Shown here piece after piece: positions 1 through 8,975 of a stretch of 11,201 nt of DNA. The notes beneath the pieces are model-generated. The model searched no databases. It saw nothing but the letters and a program-made list of their open reading frames with translations, and was not told the origin of the DNA. Position 1 is the first letter of the stretch. Each line of letters starts with the position of its first letter. This stretch comes from Paraspadella gotoi (Eukaryota > Animalia > Chaetognatha): assembly GCA_051294375.1 (NCBI GenBank), contig JBJCIZ010000838.1, positions 1 through 11,201 on the forward strand, given 5' to 3'. Position numbers and translations under genes: made by a program.

Positions 1-170
1 AGAGAGATAAGATCCATTAAACGAGATTAATTTTTTTTCTAAAAAAAGGAAAAAAGGAAGGAAACAAAGGAAAAAAGGAAAAAAGGAAAACAAAAAGGCC
101 GTTCTGCAATAATAAACAAAAGTGGAGGGATTTCTAAATTGAAAAGCTTTCCGCGCGATATCTCCAGCGT

Positions 171-252
171 GGAGAGCGAGAGCGGAGAGAGAGACGAGAC
201 GAGACGGAGAGCAGACGCAGAGAGAGAGAGAGGACGAGAAGAGAGAGAGACG
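171..252. repeat. Interrupted (GA)n / (GAGAC)n simple repeat
   Basis: ggagagcgagagcggagagagagacgagacgagacggagag...gagagagagacg read directly. Confidence 0.85.
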
Positions 253-650
253 CCGGCGTGCAGAGACAATTCATGAACCGGAGTCGCACTGTTCTTTTGT
301 TTTTTTAGTTTTAATGAATGATGAACTTCCGTGACAGTTTTAATTACAAAACCGATAACAACATGTTGCTCTTCTTTTAGCCACATGGTAGCACCAGCTT
401 TACACGTCAGGAGCTGGAGTTGATGGGGCGTTGATGTAGTAATCTGTGTGAAGAGAATGCAGGCCAGGATTTGGGTGATTGATGATTGATGTATTGAGTA
501 ACTAAATTTTGGAAAACAACCCAAAAAAAAAACGATGAAAAGGCGACCCAATAAAATAAGTAAAAAGGGAAGGGGCATCACGTGTTGTCATGAAACACGA
601 CAAGGTTTAAAATTAAAACGACGGGAATAAAGGACAATCACAGCACTGAC

Positions 651-682
<32 letters not shown>
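651..682. repeat. (GA)n microsatellite
   Basis: AG dinucleotide run with one single-base phase shift. Confidence 0.95.
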
Positions 683-761
683 CACACCTCGATCGTAATA
701 CGTTGCCCATCAATGAACTAAAAAAAAGAATAAATTAATTATTTTTTTAAACCCAGCACAA

Positions 762-845
762 GTAAGTAATCAATGGTAAAGTAAAAATGGTAAGTAATAA
801 TGTAAGTAATCAATCTGCGTAAGTAATCAATGGTAAGTTAATATG
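762..845. repeat. ~14-bp tandem repeat, consensus GTAAGTAATCAATG, 6 copies
   Basis: Units start at 762, 776, 790, 802, 819, 833; those at 762 and 819 match the consensus exactly. Confidence 0.9.
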
Positions 846-1081
846 TGATCGAAACTGGTGAGGAGTTGAGATTTGTAAATCATTTCTAAAAAACCCACTT
901 TGGTTTTCCGTTTCCTGCAAAAAAGCCGTCCATTAGAAGGCGAAGCTAATTTTTTTGGCAAGAAAACCGATCTAAGAAGCCAAGTCTCAGTCGTGGGCCT
1001 CTTTTCGGTAAGGATGAAAGGGAAACGAATTTCGAACATCGTTTTGACAAAGTGGAACCGGGCTAAGAACGGCCTGTCGGG

Positions 1082-1085
<4 letters not shown>

Positions 1086-1122
<37 letters not shown>

Positions 1123-1228
1123 GAGAAGAGAGAGAAGAGAGAGAGAAGAGAGCGCTTGTTGCTCTCTAATTTGTGAAACCTGCTGAACGGTCAGAATGAG
1201 TAGAACAGCGTGAGAGAGAGAGAGAGAG

Positions 1229-1265
<37 letters not shown>

Positions 1266-1287
1266 AGAGAGAGAGAGAGAGAGAGAG
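1086..1287. repeat. Two (GA)n microsatellites (1086-1152 and 1212-1287)
   Basis: Long GA runs with occasional gaag/gagg/gacg interruptions, separated by ~60 bp of unique sequence. Confidence 0.95.
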
Positions 1288-1467
1288 GAAATTAAAGAGC
1301 TTTATTTCCTCTTAATTAGCTTCTCTTCTCGGCGAGCGGTCACTTTTCTCTCTCTCTCTCCTCTCACCTCTGCTCTCCTCAGGCGAAATACAGGACACGG
1401 GTGGCGCTCCAGTGTCCGGTCCTCGACGGGTTCAAAAAAGAAACTCCGTCAATGGTGTCCGTTTCCA

Positions 1468-1740
1468 AACTCACGCCGCCACTTGCCTTTAACTCACCCG
1501 CCCCTTCCTTCAACTAACCCCGCCCTTCATTCAACTCGACTAGCTCGCATCCTTCCAACTCACTCGCCCCTTCCATCTCAACTCCACCAGCCCCTTCTTT
1601 CACTTACCCGCCCGCTTCATAGTCAACTCACCGCGCCCTTCTCCTTTCAACTCACCGCCCTCTTCCATTCCAACTCACCCGCGCCCTTCCTTCAACTTCA
1701 CCCGCGCCCGCTTCATTCAACTCACCGCCCCTTCCTTCAA
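1468..1740. repeat. C-rich minisatellite, consensus AACTCACCGCCCCTTCCTTC (20 bp), ~12 copies
   Basis: AACTC-type anchors recur about every 21-25 bp; the last copy (1719-1738) is the clean 20-mer and the others differ mainly by inserted bases. Confidence 0.92.
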
Positions 1741-1819
1741 GGGTGTCGCTAATCTTTCATGTCAAAATCAGTTTCTATCTCTAATTGTGGGCGCAAACAA
1801 AGGACCAACTCATTTCTCA

Positions 1820-1870
1820 GGACAATAGGACAATAGGACAATTGGACAATAAGGACAATAGGACAATTGG
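1820..1870. repeat. 8-bp tandem repeat GGACAAT(A/T), 6 copies
   Basis: ggacaata ggacaata ggacaatt ggacaata(a) ggacaata ggacaatt gg. Confidence 0.95.
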
Positions 1871-2260
1871 AGAATGGGGTCGACCACGGCCGCCGACGAA
1901 TGATATAAGGACATAGGATAAAACGTCTCGAATGCTTAAGCCGTCAAGCAATTTCGAATGTATATATATAGTTTTTATATTAGATTCTATAAACAAAATC
2001 ATTCAGACGCGAACGTGCATAATTACTTTTACTAATTAATATAAATAAATTTTACAAAACGATATAACGGTTTCGTTCTGCATCCACAAAACAAGATCCC
2101 TCCGTTTGTCAATCGAGAGAATTCGTTTCTCGGTTAAAAAAAAAACAGACGAACAAAACAAAACAAACAAATTAAAATAAAAAGAAACAAGAATTGTTTC
2201 GCTGACAGAAAAGTTGGTGAGGAATGGAGTTTTTTTTATCAATCAAACGGAGATTTGCTT

Positions 2261-2700
2261 GGAAGAAAAATGTCAAGCGGAAGAGAAAGAGAAGAAAATA
2301 GAGGAAAAAAAAAAAGGAGGAAGGAGGAAGAAATTGGAAACAACTGTCAGTGGGAGATAGAAAAGAAAAATAGAGGAAAGGAAAAAGGTGGAAGGAGGGA
2401 AGAAAATTGAAGAAAATGTCAGTAGAGAGAGAGGGAAGATAGAGGAAAGGAAAGGCAGGAAAGGAGGAAGAAAATTGAAAGAAAATGTCACGTGGGAGAT
2501 AGAAAAGAAAATACAGGAAAAGAAAAAGGTGGAAGGAGGAGAAAATTGAAGAAAATGTCCAATGCGAGATAAGAAGATACAAATAGAGGAAAGAAAAACG
2601 GAGGAAGGAGGAGAAAATTGAAGAAATGTCAGTGTGAGAGAGAGGGAAAGAAAATAAGAGGAAAAGGAAAAAGGAGAAAGGAGGAAGAAAATTGAAGAAG
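2261..2700. repeat. Purine-rich minisatellite, ~71-bp unit, 6 copies
   Basis: TGTC anchor at 2271, 2345, 2417, 2486, 2556, 2627 (spacings 74, 72, 69, 70, 71). Approximate consensus GAAGAAAATGTCAGTGGGAGATAGAAAAGAAAATAGAGGAAAGGAAAAAGGTGGAAGGAGGAGAAAATT. Confidence 0.9.
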
Positions 2701-3188
2701 AGACGTGAAAATATTTGGAGGGGGGGAAGGGGAAAAGAAAAACAAATATGAAGACAAAGAGCATTAAAAGAGGATAATAAAAGATTGAAGGAGGAAGCTA
2801 AAAGGAAAATTTAGTTGAAAAAGGATTAAGGATTAAAGAAAAGAGTAATCAGTGATGGGAGAAATAAGAAGAGAAAAATATTACGAGAGAGAAAAGAGGA
2901 AAGAAGACAGAGGAACTTAGAAAATAAAAAAGAAAGATGAGATCATAGAGATATAAGATGAAAAAAAAGAAAAGAAAATTAAGCGAAATGGATCGACAGT
3001 TTTCTTCGTTGAACAAAAGGTTGACTCGCGCTAAATCGGATTTTGAGAAATCGCGTATCGCATTTAAAAATATTCGATATATCGGTCGGACGAGGCGCAT
3101 TAAAACGGGCAAGGGGGGGAGGGAAAAATGGAGGGGAAGACGGAGGTGGCTGCGGGGGGGTGCGGTGGTGGGGGTGGAAGAGAAGAAA

Positions 3189-3218
3189 GAAGAAGAAGAA
3201 GAAGAAGAAGAAGAAGAA
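3189..3218. repeat. (GAA)10 microsatellite
   Basis: Perfect GAA run read directly. Confidence 0.95.
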
Positions 3219-3300
3219 GCAAGACAAGGGAAGAGTTTTAGAAAAGGAGAGACCGACCATGCGAGAGAGCGAGAGAGCGAAACTGTGGTGTAAACGACGC

Positions 3301-3308
3301 GAGGGAAA

Positions 3309-3377
<69 letters not shown>

Positions 3378-3458
3378 AGAGAGAGTGACACGAGGCGGGA
3401 AACGTGTGAAAACGTCGTTGTTGAGAATAATCAACCATGCAGAGATATTCGATGGTGA

Positions 3459-3493
<35 letters not shown>

Positions 3494-3504
3494 AGAGAGA
3501 GGGG

Positions 3505-3540
<36 letters not shown>

Positions 3541-3560
3541 CGAGAGAGAGAGAGAGAGAG
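3301..3560. repeat. Two (GA)n microsatellites (3301-3385 and 3463-3560)
   Basis: Long interrupted GA runs flanking ~75 bp of unique sequence. Confidence 0.95.
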
Positions 3561-3668
3561 CAAAAAATGATTGCTGATCGTGTCAGTGTCTGTCATGTCT
3601 GTCTTTGTTGTGGATCGCAAAATGGTCTTATTTAGACTTCTTAGAAAAAACTGCTTCTCTTTTTTAAC

Positions 3669-3855
3669 TGTGAGACTGACTGCATGTCTTTCACTGCGAA
3701 TGAACTGCAAGTCTCTCCCTGTAAGACTGACTACTGCATTCCCATTGTGAAAATCAAATGACTGGCTGCTTGTCTCCCCCTGAGACCCCTGAGTCCTTTC
3801 GTCCCTGTAAGTCTGTGAGAGGCAGTGAGAGGCAGTGAGGTTGTGAGTCGTGAGG
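3669..3855. repeat. Degenerate ~25-bp tandem repeat (CTGTRAGACTGACTGCATGTCTCTCC-like) decaying into GTGAG-containing short repeats
   Basis: ctgtgagactgactgcatgtctttca / ctgcgaatgaactgcaagtctctcc / ctgtaagactgactactgcattccc / gactggctgcttgtctcccc / ccctgtaagtctg, then gtgagaggca x2. Confidence 0.6.
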
Positions 3856-4103
3856 CTCCCCGAGTCAGTCGTCCGTCTCGCTTAAGGATTCGTCTCGAAC
3901 GCCCGAGTCAAAGGGTCAGTTTTTTTCCTTTTTTTAGTGTTCCTTTGTTAATTCTTGACGTTCGCGCCCTCTGTGGTTCGGGTTCCTAAACTCTTTGGCC
4001 GCAAACAAAGTTACACGGATTTCAAATGGGAGTGAAGTGAAAAGATTTGTTATTACTTTTAACTGATTCAATATGATTGATATTTGATCATTTCATTATT
4101 TAG

Positions 4104-4107
<4 letters not shown>

Positions 4108-4137
<30 letters not shown>
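4108..4137. repeat. (TA)15 microsatellite
   Basis: Perfect TA run at the entry to the first AT-rich block. Confidence 0.95.
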
Positions 4138-4144
<7 letters not shown>

Positions 4145-4405
4145 GTTCCTATATAGCAAATTGATAATACTTTACATCATAACCACTGGTGTGCTTGCCT
4201 TCCAGCAGCTGTTTTTGCAACATTTCTCCTCTCGTATTTGATAGTTCTATTTTATACTCATTGTAAAAAAAATTGAGCCGAACATTTTAATTTTTTTACC
4301 TTGATTAGTTAGTATAATGTCTTGGGAGCATGTAAAAAAAATTATTATTAATATATTTCAAGGTTTAGTGAAGCAACAGGCTATTGCCAGATCCTTGTTC
4401 TTTTC

Positions 4406-4430
4406 NNNNNNNNNNNNNNNNNNNNNNNNN
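4406..4430. other. Assembly gap (25 N)
   Basis: 25 consecutive n characters. Confidence 1.
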
Positions 4431-4977
4431 GCCTTTTTTTTCAATGCTGAAATTTTTATTTTCTATAAGTTTTAACTAGAAAAACTATTAAATAAAAATG
4501 GCTCTCATTGTGGTTGTAAAAAAGCTTTTGACTTTCTGATTGCTCAGGCACATACTCCAATGGCTATATCTGTAAGATGACTAAATTTTTTAACATTTCA
4601 TTATTTTTATAAAAATATATCTTATAACAAGAAGGTCCTTTCAAATGCAAAACAATTTTTTTTTAAAAATTGATCCTTGGGAGTTCAAAAAATAAAAACG
4701 TCAGTGATTTTTTACCATAGTGCAAAATCTAAAGTTTTATAACAAATTATTTAGCCCCACATTTCACTCCCATTTGAAATCCGGTATATATGTTTGGGTA
4801 ATTGGTTACGTTTATGATAAATGCGATGTAAATGACGAGAACGTGTTGAGCCGGAAAAATAGAATGGAATAAAGATATATTCAGAGAAGAGAGAGAGCGT
4901 GGCGTCATCTTTGTCAAGAAAAAAATTATCTGTTATTTGAATTTTTAAATTTGATTAGCGAAGCGAAGATATTTAGC

Positions 4978-5068
4978 GACGATGACGAAGATGATGATTA
5001 TGATGAGATGAAAATTATTGTGACGATAATGACGATGATGACAATGATGAGGCTGACAATGATAATTG

Positions 5069-5101
<33 letters not shown>
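4978..5101. repeat. Imperfect (GAT/GAC)n trinucleotide repeat
   Basis: gacgatgacgaagatgatgattatgatgag...gatgacgacgacgatgacgacgacgacgacga. Confidence 0.9.
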
Positions 5102-5179
5102 CCCGCGTTTTCCGTTTTTCCTCTCCTCCCGATTTAGAATCCATCTTCTTCTCTCTCCGTCTCTAATCCCGACGCGAAA

Positions 5180-5241
5180 AATTATCACCGAACCATCACC
5201 GATTTATCACCGGAGTATCATCGCAATTTCTCTTATCACCG
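5180..5241. repeat. 11-bp tandem repeat with core (T)ATCACCG
   Basis: aattatcaccg aaccatcaccg atttatcaccg gagtatcatcg, then a fifth ttatcaccg ending at 5241. Confidence 0.75.
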
Positions 5242-5740
5242 AAGATTTCACATCGCATTATTCACGTTTTTTCGCTTCGCCCCCAACCCGTCTCCACTCT
5301 CCACCCCCCCTTCCAAAAAAAAAAAAGACTCGTTCGTAAATCAAAGGCGCGAAATTTTTTTACTCCGTTTCATTTCTCCCAACGGTTCCTTTTTACATCG
5401 ATTTAATCGGCATGGAGTGCACAGATGAGATGTCCCGGGATACGTTTCCGGACCTTGGGCTACACAAAAAAAGAGGAATTCAAATTTATTACCTAAATGA
5501 CAGTTTTTTTATAAATTCAATATTAAAATTAGCTATATAAAATCAATAAAGTAGCAATAAAAAAATTTTAAAAATGGTTAAATTTTTATTTAAAAATGAA
5601 AAATTCATGCATCATCCAATAATCCATGAACAATTTTCTTTCGTTAGACGTCCATAAACCATTATTCTATCTTAATAGTTTATTTTGTTAATTAATTTTT
5701 CTATTATAAAATATTATTTTAAATTTTTTTCAAAATAATC

Positions 5741-6233
5741 TTAAATTAAAAAAATTATAACTATGCAAATGATTGAAGAAAAATTTATATTATAAGGACT
5801 TACCTCCTAATATAGGTCTTCAAATACATATATAGCTAAGTTTTATCTGAATGATGTTTTGACATAGAAATCAAATAATTTATAAAATAAATATATGAAA
5901 AAACTTTTAACTTTGATTTTTTTTTTAGCAATAATGAAACATAATTATGAATTAATTGTTCATGATGCCTTTTAATAGCTACTAGTCCAGTTGTATCATT
6001 CTCAATTATACAATAATTTGACTAACCTCTTTTATTCTTTAGTATACGGACTGCTATACGTTTTTACTTCACTTTTGAACAAAATCAAAAATCACTGGTG
6101 ATTAAAATTATGTATGAAACAGACGAAAACTTTTTTTTAAATCAACATGCTATTTAATTGTTTTGAACAGATATAATATTAATACTTGACAAAATTTAAA
6201 AGTTTTAACAATCGCCAACTAGACATTTTTAAG
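5741..6233 (+). repeat. Left arm of ~500-bp imperfect inverted repeat
   Basis: Aligns collinearly to the reverse complement of 7604-8115. Examples: ttataactatgcaaatgattgaa (5755-5777) vs ttcaatcatttgcatagttataa (8078-8100); attaaaattatgtatgaaacagac (6101-6124) vs gtctgtttcatacataattttaat (7716-7739); actagacatttttaa (6218-6232) vs ttaaaaatgtctagt (7606-7620). Confidence 0.95.
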
Positions 6234-7603
6234 GTTGTCAAAATGTCATAAATATTTGATGATTCGGACTGCTTTGTAGGTTTTTAACTTAATTCACTGT
6301 AGCCTCTTTCTAAGTATGACACGAAAAGGCAGTATAATTTAACAGTTTTTTTTATTTGGAGTGGGCATCAAAGTTCTAATAATATTAGCATGCAATATAT
6401 TTGTTAAGTATCAGTAAGATTTCCTCCTATATTTTTTTTAATTTTTGAAAATGTTTACTTTTTTTTTCTTATAAATTTTTTTGACATGCAAAAACGTTCT
6501 TTGATTACGCGAAAGAGAATGTAAAAATCTAAAAATAAATGTACCAATAGTTAGAGTTATGTTCTAGAATAGATGAAAAAAAAAACCTTGTTTAAAAAAT
6601 TTGATCGGGAAGTGGGGTAACTAAGGCTTTAACCACGGTGTCCCCAGCTGATCGTTCTCTCAATTAATTTTTTAATTTAATACATTTGAAGGGAAAAAAA
6701 TAAAATTCAGAATGCAGGTGGCATAAAAGGGTAGCAGAAATCTGTACATAGTGACATGATAATAATGACCGTTTTATGTCTTGGGTAATGGGGGCAGTAA
6801 AGAACCTTAAAAAATGCAATCATTAAGTCCAGTCACATGAACCCTTTTCCGCGAATTTTTTTTATTACATTAAATGGATGATAAATAATAAATTAAGATT
6901 CCCTTTATAAAGGTTGTATACTTTAAAACAAAGAAAATTAGCAATACAATTAAACACCAATGAATGTCTTGCTTTGTCAAATCATGTCAGCAGTTAAGTA
7001 ATTTTTAAAATTTTATTATAAATAACAAGCAGCGTATATCTAAGCTTTTCTCTTTTGGGCAGTTGAAGAAAGTGAAAAACATGATTATTTTTTTTCACAG
7101 ACAAGAAGGTAGACGTCCAGACCTGTTTATATCAGCTGAAAACATTTTTATTATTTAATCATTTTTCATATTTAAAAAAAACATTTTATCAAGCTACTAC
7201 AAATTTTTTGCTTGTTTTTTCACTTTAACTGAAAAAAATACAAAGCAAAATTTTATAAAGTAGAGAAAAATTTAAATGGTAATTAAAGATGTAATTCAGA
7301 CTATCCTCTTTTCATTTACAAAAGAAAAACAAAAAATTTATATGCCCTTATTGAAATTCGTAAATGCAAAAAAACTGTATACTTTTCAAACTCGTATTTA
7401 AAATAAAAACTGTGTAAAGATTATGGATAAAATTTAACAAAACTGTTTGCTAAGAAATGTGTCCCATGATTAGGGTTTAATTTGATACCGCACACCACGG
7501 TTGCTCCCTCTTGTTTTTTCAAAGAATATTCAAAGAAAACTAAACTTTTTTATTACTTTTTTGCATCTTGGCAGTTTTTTTTAAAAACAACCTAACTTTT
7601 GGC

Positions 7604-8115
7604 CGTTAAAAATGTCTAGTGGGATTTGTTTAAAAACTTTTTAAATTTTGTCCAGGATAATATACGATATCACTGGCACAAAAATAAATTAGCATCTGAA
7701 TTTAAAAAGGTTTTTGTCTGTTTCATACATAATTTTAATATCAGTAATTTTAGACTTTGTCAAAAGTAAGTTCAAGTTATAGCAGTCAGTATACTAAAAA
7801 TAAAAAGAAGTTTATCAAATTATTATAATTTGAAAAAGATACAACTGACGGCAGTAGCTAATTAAAAGCATCAAATGAAACTAATTAATAAAAATTATGT
7901 TATGTGGCTAAAAAAAATTCAAGAGTTTATAAATTTTTTCATATATTGTAATTATTTTAATTTATTTATTTTCTAAATCAAAACATCCCGCATCATAAAT
8001 AAACTTACTATATTATGTTTTCATTTGGAAAAGGCTATATTAGGTAAGGTAAGTCCCTTATAATATAAAATTTTTCTTTCAATCATTTGCATAGTTATAA
8101 TTTTTTTTAATTTAA
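7604..8115 (-). repeat. Right arm of ~500-bp imperfect inverted repeat
   Basis: Each 60-bp line from 7621 to 8100, reverse-complemented by hand, matches 5741-6233 in order with many small indels. Confidence 0.95.
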
Positions 8116-8149
8116 ATACAAAAACTGCGGCGCAACACATTTGAATTAC

Positions 8150-8475
8150 CGTTCTTGTTTTTCCCTTTTTTTGCTTCCTCCTTAAATCTATCTTTTTCCC
8201 CCCACAAATTGTTTTTTCTCTCTATCACCTTTTTCACACTTTTTATTTTCGAGCTTTTCGTTCACACGTTTGTAAATGCCTTCTTCTCTTCTCTTTTCTT
8301 TTTTTTCCTTTTCTTTTCTTTTTTCTGTTTTTTCTTTACTTCTATCTATTCTCTTTTTTCTTTCGCGTTTGTATTTCACTCCCTTTCCATCTCTCCCTCT
8401 CACTTTTTGATCACTCTCCATCTTTGCTTTTTTTGTCTTCACAATACAAAAGTTTTTTTGTGTCCGCCTCTTTGA
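8150..8475. repeat. Pyrimidine-rich low-complexity tract
   Basis: Almost entirely T/C runs on the + strand with no fixed period. Confidence 0.75.
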
Positions 8476-8526
8476 AGAGTTTTTTAAAGGAAGTCTAAAA
8501 CGATGCTTTCAATCTTTGTCTCGCTA

Positions 8527-8568
8527 ACACACACACTCTCTCTCTCTCTCAGTCTCGTCTCCATCAAT

Positions 8569-8612
<44 letters not shown>
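8527..8612. repeat. Compound (AC)n-(TC)n microsatellite
   Basis: acacacacac followed by interrupted TC runs. Confidence 0.9.
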
Positions 8613-8618
<6 letters not shown>

Positions 8619-8640
8619 GTCCCTAAGAAGACGCTTGCTC

Positions 8641-8938
8641 TTTCTTGGGCGAGACAATCACATAATTGTTCACCGTTTTTTTTTTCTTTTTTGGCTCTCC
8701 TTCTTACATGCTGTTCTGGTCTTATGTGAGACCAAGAATATCTCTCTCTCTCTCTCCTTTTCTCATCTCTCTCTCTCTCTCTCTCTCTCTCTACTCTCTC
8801 TTCTTCTCTCTCTCTCGATTTTCTCTCTCTCTCGTCTCTCTCTCTTTCTTGCGAGACAATCACATTAATTTTCAGTTTTTTTTTTTCTCTTTTGGCTCCT
8901 TCTTAACATGCTGTTCTGGTCTATGTGAGACAAAATAG

Positions 8939-8975
<37 letters not shown>

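Noticed and set aside
1468-1740. CRISPR array
   Set aside because: The units are contiguous with no unique spacers, there are no cas genes, and the context is eukaryote-like.
2958-3293. 111-aa ATG-initiated basic/acidic ORF as a real small protein
   Set aside because: The poly-K, G-rich and poly-E parts come from an A-rich tract, G runs and (GAA)10. There is no recognisable family, and competing ORFs are open in other frames and on the other strand.
4141-4215. Weak similarity to 6557-6652 (ttatgttc..., taaccac(t)ggtgt...cagctg)
   Set aside because: Only short matches with inconsistent spacing, which I cannot distinguish from chance by eye.
5183-5241. Phage lambda operator half-sites (TATCACCG)
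   Set aside because: They occur only as direct 11-bp repeats rather than 17-bp dyads, and there is no phage context.
7086-7160. Splice acceptor (tttttttcacag, ending 7100) followed by a micro-exon or short terminal exon (QEGRRPDLFISAENIFII*)
   Set aside because: T-tract plus CAG motifs arise often by chance in AT-rich DNA, and there is no partner exon or recognisable peptide. RNA-seq would be needed.
5741-8115. piggyBac element because both arms end in TTAA (5741-5744, 8112-8115)
   Set aside because: piggyBac termini start with CC(C/T) inside the TTAA, whereas here ATTAAAA follows. TTAA is very common in this AT-rich DNA.
5461-8120. Mitochondrial insertion (NUMT) or endosymbiont DNA suggested by AT richness
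   Set aside because: There is no ORF in the track and no rRNA, tRNA or mitochondrial gene motif that I can recognise.
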